Positions 20,872 to 30,739 are shown, counted from the first letter of the stretch. The stretch: 64,000 nucleotides of DNA from an uncultured Prochlorococcus sp. (GCA_902565305.1 CACFEJ010000004.1:3967-67966), one strand, 5' to 3'. The notes: generated by a model from the sequence alone, not told the origin. Program-made: numbers and translations.

Positions 20872-21501
20872 TCCCAAAGAAAAGGAAAGCCCTCCTGCTA
20901 CAGCTATTAATCTTTTAATAAATTTTTGACTTGCTTTAAAGGTAGTAAAAGATATTAAACAAGTAAAAAGATTCATACTTATGAGTGAACCAATCAAATA
21001 TGAAATCAAATATAAGCAAGCGCTTGTTAAAGGTAGTGCTAAAGCAGGAAGAACTGCAAGAAAATGTGAACCTCCAGCTATACCGTGTAGCAAGCCTAAA
21101 CCAGTCAAAGCATGTGAGTGCTTCTTATTATTTTTTTGTTCCTTAACATGAAAGTGAAAGTGACGATGGGCAATTCCGTTCTCATGCTTATGGGAATGCG
21201 AGTGGATACTTAATTGAAAAGAATTTTTTATAGCAAATACTCCAACAATTAGAAGTGAAATTCCAACTAGGAATTCGGCAATACTAGAAAATTTGTTTAA
21301 TTGCGTAATATCCTTAATAAAAATCGCTAGAAAAGCTAATAAGAGAACTCCTGAAGAATGTCCCAATCCCCATGAAAAACTATTTTTAAGAGCTTTTTGA
21401 GGATTACTAATCGATGCTGGTGCCATTGCAATTAGATGATCAGCGCCACTAACCACATGCACAAATCCTGCGACTATACCTGTTAAAATTACAGCCTGCA
21501 T
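20830..21501 (-). CDS. Nickel transporter (UreH/SodT-like, NiCoT superfamily)
   Basis: HVVSGADH, GLGHS, His-rich loop, GLLHGIAGG; next to sodN/sodX. Confidence 0.85.
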   Translation of the reverse strand: MQAVILTGIVAGFVHVVSGADHLIAMAPASISNPQKALKNSFSWGLGHSSGVLLLAFLAIFIKDITQLNKFSSIAEFLVGISLLIVGVFAIKNSFQLSIHSHSHKHENGIAHRHFHFHVKEQKNNKKHSHALTGLGLLHGIAGGSHFLAVLPALALPLTSACLYLISYLIGSLISMNLFTCLISFTTFKASQKFIKRLIAVAGGLSFSLGLFWIQRSASVFLN

Positions 21502-21556
21502 ATATATTCAGAACAACTTAGTTTATTCAATTTTATAGCACGATTTGAAGTCAATA

Positions 21557-22444
21557 TTAAATTGAGTTAAATAATTTCTTGAACGTTTGTTCAATATCAG
21601 TTTCTCTCATAAAAGTTTCACCAATTAATACTCCCATGATTCCAATAGATCTAAGCGATTCTAAATCTTCGGCACAATTAATTCCAGATTCACTTATGGG
21701 AATAATATTTTGTTTTAAAAATATATCTGCATATGTATGCATCAATTCTTTTGATGTTTTTAAATCCGTTTTAAAAGTCTTTAAGTCCCTATTATTTATT
21801 CCAATCAAATTAAAAGATTTTAACTTTATAATCCTTTCTAATTCATTAGAGTTATGGACTTCAACAAGAACACTCATCTTTAAATTATCAGCTATTTTCT
21901 TCAAATAAATTAAATCATCATCACTTAAAATCGCTGCGATTAATAATATTGCATCAGCACCAGATACCCTTGCTTTATAAATCTGATAAGCAGAAATAAT
22001 AAAATCTTTGCAGAGTAGAGGGAGATTAGTTGATTTCCTTACAGTTTCGAGTATTTCATAACTACCGTGAAAAAACCTTTTATCGGTAAGTACTGAGATA
22101 CATGATGCACCTAATCCTTCATAACAAATTGCTATGGTTTCAGGGTTAAAATCTTTTCTAATAACTCCTTTACTCGGACTAGCTTTTTTTATTTCAGCAA
22201 TAACTCCTGGTTTTATTTTTGACTCCAAGATATTTTTGTAAAAATCTTTGGGAGTAGGAAGTTTTTCAATCTTTTTGATGAGATCTTCTAAAGAGACTAT
22301 TTTTTTAAAATTCTTAATTTCAATATCCTTGTGCCATACAATTTCTTCCAGAATGTTTTTTGCTTGTGCCTCTCTATGAGGTACAGCATATTCTAAATTT
22401 TCTACCCTTACTGTTGGATTTGGTGGCCTACGTCTTATCTCCAT
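21557..22444 (-). CDS. trpC: Indole-3-glycerol phosphate synthase
   Basis: [35 protein letters not shown]. Confidence 0.97.
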   Translation of the reverse strand: MEIRRRPPNPTVRVENLEYAVPHREAQAKNILEEIVWHKDIEIKNFKKIVSLEDLIKKIEKLPTPKDFYKNILESKIKPGVIAEIKKASPSKGVIRKDFNPETIAICYEGLGASCISVLTDKRFFHGSYEILETVRKSTNLPLLCKDFIISAYQIYKARVSGADAILLIAAILSDDDLIYLKKIADNLKMSVLVEVHNSNELERIIKLKSFNLIGINNRDLKTFKTDLKTSKELMHTYADIFLKQNIIPISESGINCAEDLESLRSIGIMGVLIGETFMRETDIEQTFKKLFNSI

Positions 22445-22456
22445 TAATTTTAGATA

Positions 22457-23896
22457 TTATTTTATTTGAGAAGCCGCCTGTTTATATGCGACCTCAACTA
22501 CTTCACTAAGTGTAGGATGAGTATGAACTTCTTTAGATAATTCAATTACATCTTGGTTCCTTGAAATGGCGTTCGAAATTTCTTGAATTAAATCAGCTGC
22601 ATGTAACCCAAAAATATGAGCTCCTAATACTTTCCCATTATCTTTGTTGAAAATCAACTTTAGCAATCCATCACTCTCTAATTCAGCCAATGCTTTTGAA
22701 TTAGCCTTAAAGAAACTTTTGACAACTCCCAAAGTAAAATTTTCTTTTGTGGATATCTCTTTAGCTTCAACTTCAGAGAGACCAACTGAACTTATCTCTG
22801 GGTGAGTAAAGGTTGCTGCGGGGATACTTTTATAATTAATTTCGACATTACCACCGCAAATATTATCAACAGCAATAGTACCCTGCGCTGCAGCTGTATG
22901 GGCAAGCATTAGTTTGCCCGTAACATCTCCAACAGCCCAAATGTTAGGTATTATTTCATCACCATTCTTAACTCTCATTTGATCATCTACAGGAATGAAA
23001 CCTTTTACTGTTTCGATACCAACCGACTCAAGATTTAAGTTATTACTATTAGGACTTCTGCCAGTTGCGACTAGTACAGCGTCAACTTCTAGAGTTTCTA
23101 CAACTGCCTTAGATTTTGCATCAGTAAGTTCTATTTTTACAGGGCATCCAGGTGTTATTTTTGTCGCAAAGACATTTGATTTTGTGTCTATATCTCTTGC
23201 TTGAATAAGGTTCTTCTTAGCAATTTTAGTGATGTCTGGATCAAATGTTGGCATAATATTCTCCAAAGCCTCGATCATGGTAACTTCACAACCAAGCGCG
23301 GTATAAACATCAGCAAATTCTAGACCTATATATCCGCTTCCAATAATTGCTATCCATCTTGGAAGCCACTCAAGTTTAACCGCATCATCGCTAGTAAATA
23401 CGGTCCTATTATCCAAAGTTATTCCACTGGGCACAAAAGGAGAAGAGCCTGTTGCTATAACAATATTCTTACATGTGAAAATTTTATCAATTCCGTTTTT
23501 ATCTCTTACACCTACTTTTTGATTTCCTTCAATTCTTCCAATGCCCAAAATAATTTCAACTCCACTTCTTTTAAGAGTTTTTGTTAAATTTTCTCTAACA
23601 TTTAAAACTAAATTATTTGCATGATCTGCAATTTTTGATCTCTCGAACCTTACAGGTGAAGCATGTATACCAAATCTAGCTAAATGTTCATAATTAGCTA
23701 TTTCTCTAACTTTTCCACTTGCAGCCAAAAGAGCTTTAGATGGAACACAGCCCTTGTTAACACAAGTGCCTCCCATATCAGAAGATTCTACTATTGCGAC
23801 TTTCAGTCCCTTACCAGCAGCATGTTTAGCGGCATCAAAACCTCCATATCCTGCTCCTATTACGATTAAATCAAAATCAAAACTTGAATTAGTCAC
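22457..23896 (-). CDS. lpdA: Dihydrolipoyl dehydrogenase
   Basis: GAGYGG, GGTCVNKGCVPSK, HTHPTLSE. Confidence 0.96.
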   Translation of the reverse strand: MTNSSFDFDLIVIGAGYGGFDAAKHAAGKGLKVAIVESSDMGGTCVNKGCVPSKALLAASGKVREIANYEHLARFGIHASPVRFERSKIADHANNLVLNVRENLTKTLKRSGVEIILGIGRIEGNQKVGVRDKNGIDKIFTCKNIVIATGSSPFVPSGITLDNRTVFTSDDAVKLEWLPRWIAIIGSGYIGLEFADVYTALGCEVTMIEALENIMPTFDPDITKIAKKNLIQARDIDTKSNVFATKITPGCPVKIELTDAKSKAVVETLEVDAVLVATGRSPNSNNLNLESVGIETVKGFIPVDDQMRVKNGDEIIPNIWAVGDVTGKLMLAHTAAAQGTIAVDNICGGNVEINYKSIPAATFTHPEISSVGLSEVEAKEISTKENFTLGVVKSFFKANSKALAELESDGLLKLIFNKDNGKVLGAHIFGLHAADLIQEISNAISRNQDVIELSKEVHTHPTLSEVVEVAYKQAASQIK

Positions 23897-23907
23897 TTTT
23901 TATTTAT

Positions 23908-24750
23908 TTATTTAGAGGTGTATGCGACTCTTTTTCGTTCTAGTAATAACGGAACTGCAACACAAGCCACATTTAACGATTCTACAATCTCGCTATGCGG
24001 AATTGTAATTGTTTCATTAAAAGCTTCTTGAATTTTTTTATGAATACCTTGGCCTTCATTACCCAATATTAATGCTGTACGTCTAGACCAATCAACTTCC
24101 CAGTAAGGTTTTGAAGGTTTTTTTGAACTCTCATTATGGCTACTAGTAGAGAAAATCTTAAATCCTACATTTGATAATTCAGACAAAGACTTAAGTAAAG
24201 AATTTAATATATCTTCTTCAATGCCATCAAATCTTAAAAATGGCAGATGAAAAACTGCACCTGAGGATGCTCTTAATACCTTTTGGCCTAATGGGTGCGC
24301 ACCTCCAGCTAAAAAAATTGCATTAACACCAGCAGCTAAAGCGGTTCTAAATAGATTACCCATATTCCCAGGATCTTGAATTCTGTCGAGAACAAGAACA
24401 AAATCATCTTTTCTATTAAATTGATAATTAGGTATTGCTGAAATCTCTACTAAAGCTGCTATCCCATCTGGATTAATTGTTGAAATCGCAGATGCCAAGA
24501 CTTCCTCTGAGACAATATTTATTAATGACTCATCAAATTTTTTGCTTAGATTTTGATTCTTTCTTAACCATTTTTCGGTAACTAAAATCTTAGAGGGATT
24601 TTTTCCAGACTTCAGCAATTCTTCAATGAGATGTGTACCCTCTATACAAAAAAAGTCTTGATCTTTTGGAGATGATCCTCTTTTAAATGATCTAAATCTT
24701 TTAACTAGATTATTGTTTTTACTAGTTATTTTTAAAAAAGTATTTTCTAT
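23908..24750 (-). CDS. TrmH/SpoU-family RNA methyltransferase; start upstream of track ORF, exact codon uncertain
   Basis: QDPGNMGNLFR, LGNEGQG, ESLNVA; frame stays open to 24783 and encodes the ITSKNNNLVK...IEGTHLIEE N-domain. Confidence 0.88.
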   Translation of the reverse strand: MENTFLKITSKNNNLVKRFRSFKRGSSPKDQDFFCIEGTHLIEELLKSGKNPSKILVTEKWLRKNQNLSKKFDESLINIVSEEVLASAISTINPDGIAALVEISAIPNYQFNRKDDFVLVLDRIQDPGNMGNLFRTALAAGVNAIFLAGGAHPLGQKVLRASSGAVFHLPFLRFDGIEEDILNSLLKSLSELSNVGFKIFSTSSHNESSKKPSKPYWEVDWSRRTALILGNEGQGIHKKIQEAFNETITIPHSEIVESLNVACVAVPLLLERKRVAYTSK

Positions 24751-24939
24751 GAGTATTTTGAAAAATTTGTTATCAACTATATTTTAATTACATAAATATT
24801 TTGATCAATTATTTATTAAATTTTTATTTCCCAAGAAATCAAAAAATACATTTTCACTTTTAATTAATATTCATGACGTTACATAGGGTGGACTTAATAT
24901 TATTAGTTTGTCATGATGAATCTAATAAATTAAATCTTA

Positions 24940-26310
24940 ATGATTTGCGGAAGCAAAACGAAGTCATATCTTAAATCGCAAAATTTAAAGATTCTTGGCC
25001 AAGGCAAGTTAAATGGAATAGTTGAAATAAGTGGTGCGAAGAATTCCGCCTTAGTTTTATTAGCCTCATCATTGCTAACTAATGAAAAAATAATTCTTGA
25101 AAATGTACCTTTTCTCACTGATATTGAAAAGATGGGGAATATCTTAAAAAATTTAGGAGTGAATTTAGTTCGTAAAAACAACCAACTAGAAATAGATCCA
25201 ACAACTATTTTGATTAAAGAACTTCCATATGAACTTGTTAAAGGATTAAGAGCTAGTTTCTTTTGTATAGGTGCACTATTAACTAAATTTGGAGAAGCTC
25301 ATGTACCTTTGCCAGGTGGATGCAATATTGGTTCAAGGCCAATAGACGAGCACATTAATGGATTAATCGCACTAGGAGCAGACATTATTATTGAAGAGGG
25401 AATTGTAAAGGCAAAAACAAGGGGGGACAAAAATAGACTTCATGGCACTCATATTAAATTAAATTGTCCAAGTGTAGGTGCTACTGAAACTTTAATAATG
25501 GCAGCATCTTTAGCAAAAGGAAGAACTACTATTGAAAATGCTGCGAGAGAGCCTGAAGTTCAAGATTTATGCCAAATGCTTAATAAAATGGGGGCAAAAA
25601 TTTATGATGCCGGTAAAGAAACAATTATTATTGATGGTGTTAATAAGCTTGGCGGATGTACCCATAAAGTAATCCCAGACCGAATAGAAGCTGGAACTTT
25701 TCTAATAGCTGCTGCTGCAACTTCCTCTTCAATAACAATTTCTCCAGTAATCCCTCATCATCTTGAAGCTGTAACTAATAAGCTTCAAGAAAGTGGGAGT
25801 AAAATTACGATTAAAGGTAATTCGATTTCTATCAAGAGTAAAGAGATTAAAGGTGTAGATATGGAAACAGCTCCTTTCCCAGGCTTTCCTACTGATTTGC
25901 AGGCACCATTTACAACTCTAATGACAATCGCAAATGGTGAATCAAAGATAACTGAAACAATTTTCGAAAACAGAATGAATCATATTTATTTACTCAATGA
26001 AATGGGCGCCAGTATAAAGCTAAACAAAAACGTAGCTCACATCAAAGGTGTTAAAACAATTAATGGGATGAATCTAGTTGGCTCAGATTTAAGGTCATCA
26101 GCTGCATTAATAATCGCAGGAATCATCGCAAAAGGTAGTAGTAATTTCTATGGATTAGAACATCTAGATAGAGGTTATGAAAATTTTGAATTAAAACTAA
26201 AAAATTCAGGTGTAAAAATAATTAGAGAGATCAGTAAAAATACAGTTGAGGAGAATGGATATAAAATTGAACCAAGATCTGAGAATATTTCAAAACTCGA
26301 AGCAGCTTAG
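24940..26310 (+). CDS. murA: UDP-N-acetylglucosamine 1-carboxyvinyltransferase
   Basis: SGAKNS, LPGGCNIGSRP, PDRIEAGT, GFPTDLQ, HLDRGYE. Confidence 0.97.
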   Translation: MICGSKTKSYLKSQNLKILGQGKLNGIVEISGAKNSALVLLASSLLTNEKIILENVPFLTDIEKMGNILKNLGVNLVRKNNQLEIDPTTILIKELPYELVKGLRASFFCIGALLTKFGEAHVPLPGGCNIGSRPIDEHINGLIALGADIIIEEGIVKAKTRGDKNRLHGTHIKLNCPSVGATETLIMAASLAKGRTTIENAAREPEVQDLCQMLNKMGAKIYDAGKETIIIDGVNKLGGCTHKVIPDRIEAGTFLIAAAATSSSITISPVIPHHLEAVTNKLQESGSKITIKGNSISIKSKEIKGVDMETAPFPGFPTDLQAPFTTLMTIANGESKITETIFENRMNHIYLLNEMGASIKLNKNVAHIKGVKTINGMNLVGSDLRSSAALIIAGIIAKGSSNFYGLEHLDRGYENFELKLKNSGVKIIREISKNTVEENGYKIEPRSENISKLEAA

Positions 26311-26348
26311 TCTTTTCCAAATATTTTTTTAAAACTAAGAAAGTTGAT

Positions 26349-26459
26349 TCAAACGTAAGCAATATTGATTAGTGATACACAGCCCAAAAATAAAATAAAC
26401 AAAACTAGAAAGCGATTAGACCAAATTTTATTTAAACCATTAAATTTGAATTCGTTCAT
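26349..26459 (-). CDS. Putative 36-aa single-TM microprotein
   Basis: Manual: MNEFKFNGLNKIWSNRFLVLFILFLGCVSLINIAYV*; ATGA overlap with the upstream microprotein. Confidence 0.5.
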   Translation of the reverse strand: MNEFKFNGLNKIWSNRFLVLFILFLGCVSLINIAYV

Positions 26460-26563
26460 GCCCAAGTTCCGCTATTAGATCCGAATGTTGTAAGTATAGT
26501 TACAGCAATAAAAAGATAAGGGACAAATTTTAAAGATAATTTTTTAGCTTGAGTTTTAGACAT
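26456..26563 (-). CDS. Putative 35-aa single-TM microprotein
   Basis: Manual: MSKTQAKKLSLKFVPYLFIAVTILTTFGSNSGTWA*; TG-n-TATATT -10-like element about 15-20 nt upstream. Confidence 0.6.
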   Translation of the reverse strand: MSKTQAKKLSLKFVPYLFIAVTILTTFGSNSGTWA

Positions 26564-26809
26564 TTGTTTTTTACCAAATATAACACAATATTACTAATTG
26601 TGAAGCTATCTCCTTTCAAAAAAGAATTTTAAGCGCATTTAATTACAAAAATGTTTCAAAAATGTTTAAATTTTCTTTTTCTCCCTCATTTCTTGTCAGC
26701 AAATGCAATAAATAATTCTATGTTTTTATCGAAGAGATTAACTATTAAAAAAACATTATCTTGATAACTGTTCCTTGACCAAAACAATAGTCAATAAGTT
26801 GATTTTTGT

Positions 26810-26815
26810 TATAAT
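26810..26815 (+). promoter_or_regulatory. Putative extended -10 box of the tRNA-Leu/argD promoter
   Basis: TG-t-TATAAT about 27 nt upstream of the tRNA 5' end. Confidence 0.5.
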
Positions 26816-26842
26816 GAAAAAGTTCATTTTTTCAAAAGCCTT

Positions 26843-26924
26843 GGGAGCGTGGTGGAATTGGTAGACGCACCGCACTCAAAATGCGGCACCTTCGGGTATG
26901 TCGGTTCAAGTCCGACCGCTCCCA
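26843..26924 (+). tRNA. tRNA-Leu(CAA)
   Basis: GGGAGCG/CGCTCCC acceptor stem, CCGCA-CT-CAA-AA-TGCGG anticodon arm, long variable arm, GGTTCAAGTCC T-loop; CCA not encoded. Confidence 0.97.
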
Positions 26925-26929
26925 CTTTA

Positions 26930-28105
26930 ATGAATACCTATAGTCGATTCGATATATCTTTCAAAAAAGGAAAAGGTTGTTGGCTATGGGACAAAACAGG
27001 TAAAAGGTATCTTGATGCAGTCGCAGGTATAGCAACTTGTAGTCTAGGACATAGCGACAGAGTTTTAAGAAGAAGGTTATCAACTCAACTAAAAAAAATT
27101 CAGCACATTTCTAATCTTTACAATATTGAAGAACAAGAACAATTAAGCAGAACTTTAACGAATATGAGTTGCGCTAAAAGCGTCTTTTTCTGTAATAGTG
27201 GTGCGGAAGCAAATGAATCAGCAATTAAATTAATTAAAAAATATGGAAATAAAACAAATAAAGGTAAAGAATCAATTATTCTCGCAGCAGAATCCAGCTT
27301 CCATGGAAGGACGCTTGCAGCCTTGAGTGCCACTGGACAACCAAAATATCAAAAAGGTTTCGAACCAATGATTCAAGGATTCAAATTTTTTAAATTTAAT
27401 AATTTTGATTCGGTAAAAAAATTATTTGAAGAGTGTGAAAATAATGATCAAAAAATTTCCGGCGTTTTAGTTGAACCAATACAAGGCGAAGGCGGCGTAA
27501 TTCCTGGAAGTAAAATATTTTTTAAAAGCCTTAGAGAAATATGTGATAAATATAATTCTCTTCTCATTTTAGATGAGGTCCAAAGTGGAGTAGGTCGAAC
27601 TGGGAAAATGTGGGGTTATGAGAATTTAGGAATTGAACCTGATGGATTCACCCTTGCTAAAGGATTAGGAGGAGGTCATGCAATTGGAGCATTATTGGTA
27701 AACGAAAAAGCCAACATTTTTTCTCCAGGGGATCATGCAAGCACTTTTGGAGGGAACCCATTCGCTTGTAAAGCTGCCCTAACTGTATTAGAAGAAATAA
27801 ATAGAAGAAATATTATCAATAATGTTTATCTAAGAGGGGAACAATTAAGTGCTGGGTTTGAAGAATTGTCAAAAAAATTTCCAAATATTATTAGCGGGAA
27901 AAGAGGTTTAGGTTTAATACAAGGTCTTGTGATCAATGATGATTATACTGATGCAAAAAAAATTACATTAAAAGCTTTTGATAAAGGATTACTGGTAGTT
28001 CCTGCAGGAGGAAATGTTGTAAGGATTGTCCCACCATTAGTTATTTCTCGAAGAGAAATTAATATTCTTTTGGATAAGCTAAATTCAATTTTTGAAGAGT
28101 TATAG
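26930..28105 (+). CDS. argD: Acetylornithine aminotransferase (class III PLP)
   Basis: NSGAEANE, SFHGRT, EPIQGEGG, DEVQSG, AKGLGGG; start placed at the ATG just after the tRNA. Confidence 0.93.
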   Translation: MNTYSRFDISFKKGKGCWLWDKTGKRYLDAVAGIATCSLGHSDRVLRRRLSTQLKKIQHISNLYNIEEQEQLSRTLTNMSCAKSVFFCNSGAEANESAIKLIKKYGNKTNKGKESIILAAESSFHGRTLAALSATGQPKYQKGFEPMIQGFKFFKFNNFDSVKKLFEECENNDQKISGVLVEPIQGEGGVIPGSKIFFKSLREICDKYNSLLILDEVQSGVGRTGKMWGYENLGIEPDGFTLAKGLGGGHAIGALLVNEKANIFSPGDHASTFGGNPFACKAALTVLEEINRRNIINNVYLRGEQLSAGFEELSKKFPNIISGKRGLGLIQGLVINDDYTDAKKITLKAFDKGLLVVPAGGNVVRIVPPLVISRREINILLDKLNSIFEEL

Positions 28106-28116
28106 CAATTAAAATT

Positions 28117-29349
28117 TTGAAAAATGCAAATTTAAAAACTTTTGAATTATTATCTCCTAAATATGAAAGGGATAATATCAAGTTAGGTTTATCAAGAATT
28201 AAAAAAGCACTTCAAGAACTTGGTAATCCTTGCAAGAATATCCCTGCGATACAGATTATTGGAACCAATGGGAAAGGATCAATCGCGGCATATTTAGAAA
28301 GTATACTTTTTGAAGCTAAAAGAAGTTTCGGTGTAACTACATCTCCTCATCTTTTGGATGTATGCGAGAGGATTAGAGTTAATAAAAAAAATATTAATAA
28401 AACTGATTTTGAAAAAATCTATAGATTAATAGAAAAAAATTTTTCAACATTTGAATTAACTCCTTTTGAAAAAATCATTTGCTGCGCACTAAATTTTTTT
28501 GACCATCAAAAAGTTGAATTACTCATTCTTGAAGCTGGCTTAGGGGGAAGATTAGACGCGACAACAGCCCATAAATCTAGACCAATCATTGCTATTGGGA
28601 ATATTGGCTTAGACCATAAAGAATTTCTTGGAGATACGATTGAAAAAATTGCCGAAGAAAAATTAGCAGTTATTGAAAAAAACTCAATTGTCATCTCATG
28701 CAATCAAAATAGTCAGGTTGAAAATTTAATAACCAAAAAAGTTAAAGAGGTAGGAGCAGAAATTATTTGGAAAGATTCAATTTCAAACAGCTATGAGCTT
28801 GGATTAAAAGGAATTTTTCAAAAGCAAAATGCTTCAGTAGCTGTTGGATCAATCGAAGCACTGAATAATTTAGGATTTAATATAAAAGAAAAACACATAT
28901 CTGAAGGTCTTAAAAAGACAACTTGGAACGGGAGGCTAGAAATAATAAATTATTGCAACAAAGAAATTCTTGTAGATTGTGCGCATAATTATCCTGCTGC
29001 AAAAGCACTCTCTAATGAGCGAAGCAATTGGGAGAATGAAGATAAAGGAATTTATTGGATTTTAGGTGTCCAAAGACAAAAAGATATTTACGCAATATTA
29101 AAAACACTTCTAAAGAAAAATGATTGCTTATTACTTGTGCCAGTTCCAAACCAACCTAGTTGGGAATTAAATGATCTCTCTCAGATTAAAGAAATTGACT
29201 TTCAAAAAATAATTGAATTTAAAACATTTGAACTTGCCATTGAGTATTTATTTTCCCTGGAAAAATGGCCACCTAATCATCCTGTTCTAACAGGTTCTAT
29301 TTTTTTAGTTGCTGAATTTATTAAATTTGCGAAAAAACAGAAATGTTAA
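28117..29349 (+). CDS. folC: Folylpolyglutamate/dihydrofolate synthase
   Basis: GTNGKGS, TSPHL, EAGLGGRLDAT, DCAHN. Confidence 0.95.
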   Translation: MKNANLKTFELLSPKYERDNIKLGLSRIKKALQELGNPCKNIPAIQIIGTNGKGSIAAYLESILFEAKRSFGVTTSPHLLDVCERIRVNKKNINKTDFEKIYRLIEKNFSTFELTPFEKIICCALNFFDHQKVELLILEAGLGGRLDATTAHKSRPIIAIGNIGLDHKEFLGDTIEKIAEEKLAVIEKNSIVISCNQNSQVENLITKKVKEVGAEIIWKDSISNSYELGLKGIFQKQNASVAVGSIEALNNLGFNIKEKHISEGLKKTTWNGRLEIINYCNKEILVDCAHNYPAAKALSNERSNWENEDKGIYWILGVQRQKDIYAILKTLLKKNDCLLLVPVPNQPSWELNDLSQIKEIDFQKIIEFKTFELAIEYLFSLEKWPPNHPVLTGSIFLVAEFIKFAKKQKC

Positions 29350-30701
29350 ATTTTAAATTGTTCTTTTACTTCCCAACCTTCCAATTTTCCTGGATTTAAT
29401 AGCCCTTTGGGATCAAATCTTAATTTCGCTTTTACTTGATCTGCATCCACCACTCCGAGACCTCCTCCTTCAACTGTTAAAACATGAGGATTAAAAATAA
29501 ACGCACCAAGTTTCTTGCAATCTTCCATTATTTCATTTAGTTCTTCTGCCCCATTCCACTTTAATACAGGCAAAGCCGCTAATCGCGGTGATCCTTGTTG
29601 AGAAACTGCCTCTAAATGCCAAAGAACTTTTTTACCCCATTTTTTTCTCAAAAAATTAATTAATCCTAGTTCATTATTAAGCGGCAAAAGCATCTGTAAA
29701 TACGTCCAATTTTTATCCCTAGACCTCATATGAAGAGTTGTATGATTCCATACGACTTCAGAAATTCCATTGACGAGCTTTTCTTCTTCCCCAAGTAGGG
29801 TAGATTCGACCTGAAATTTTTTACAAATTAGCTCAATGGTTTTTATTCCTCCAAGAGTAGATTGAATTAATATCTTGTGACTTCTAGATTTACTTTTAAA
29901 CCATTTTGGCATTTGATCTACAATTTCTTCTTCAAGAATTGCTCCTAATTTCAGATCAATTGCTGCGCTCGTGAGCGTTTTCAATATTTCTATTGTTTTT
30001 TGAAATTCAATACAGTCGATAACTATTGAATACCACTTACGTTTGATATCAGTAGCAAGTAATAAAGAAGTAATTATTCCATTAGTCCCATAAGCATGAT
30101 TTAAAGGTTCGGATTCTTCAGCATCAAATTTTAATAATTTAGGTTTTTCATTCATTGTTACTGCCTCTAAACCAATAAGATTTCCTGGATCTCTTAAAAA
30201 TCCCCACCTAATAGACCCAATACCTCCTGATCCACCTGCAATAAAACCTCCAATTGTTGCAGTTTTCCAAGTACTAGGTAGCAACCTAAGTTCCCTTCCA
30301 TATTTCTCTAATTGTTTATTCAAATCTCCCATAACACATCCAGACTGTACTTTTACAAAACCTGTATCTGGATCAAATTCTTCTAACTTATTAAAGTGAC
30401 TCATCTGCATTACAACTCCTTTAAACAATGGGACAGCTTGTCCATAATTACCTGTACCTGAACCCCTTAAAGTAATTGGGATAGAAAATTCCCAACAAAT
30501 TTCTGCTACTTCCCTTACCGCTTTGTGATCACTAGGTCTTACCACCAAGTCAGCAATACATTCGTCTAATTTTTCAGTAAGGATTGGAGAGTAGTTATAG
30601 AAATCTTTTGAAAGTCTTTTTACATCGGATTGGCTTTCAATAATCTCTAAGTTTTTGATTTCCCTAAATTTGTCTAAAAATTGAAGAGTATTAGATGTCA
30701 T
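29346..30701 (-). CDS. FAD-linked oxidase (GlcD/VAO family)
   Basis: RGSGTGNYGQ, ATIGGF, C-terminal FDPKGLLNPGK. Confidence 0.88.
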   Translation of the reverse strand: MTSNTLQFLDKFREIKNLEIIESQSDVKRLSKDFYNYSPILTEKLDECIADLVVRPSDHKAVREVAEICWEFSIPITLRGSGTGNYGQAVPLFKGVVMQMSHFNKLEEFDPDTGFVKVQSGCVMGDLNKQLEKYGRELRLLPSTWKTATIGGFIAGGSGGIGSIRWGFLRDPGNLIGLEAVTMNEKPKLLKFDAEESEPLNHAYGTNGIITSLLLATDIKRKWYSIVIDCIEFQKTIEILKTLTSAAIDLKLGAILEEEIVDQMPKWFKSKSRSHKILIQSTLGGIKTIELICKKFQVESTLLGEEEKLVNGISEVVWNHTTLHMRSRDKNWTYLQMLLPLNNELGLINFLRKKWGKKVLWHLEAVSQQGSPRLAALPVLKWNGAEELNEIMEDCKKLGAFIFNPHVLTVEGGGLGVVDADQVKAKLRFDPKGLLNPGKLEGWEVKEQFKI

Positions 30702-30739
30702 TAATAAAATTTCTTGAGTTTTATATCTAAACTAGTCGA

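Noticed and set aside
24870-24920. TCATGAC...GTCATGA inverted repeat upstream of murA
   Set aside because: 7-bp arms with a ~30-nt loop, no tRNA or riboswitch features; may be chance
26849-26929. 27-aa N-terminal extension of ArgD as a default start
   Set aside because: It is the translation of tRNA-Leu; kept only as a hypothesis in findings
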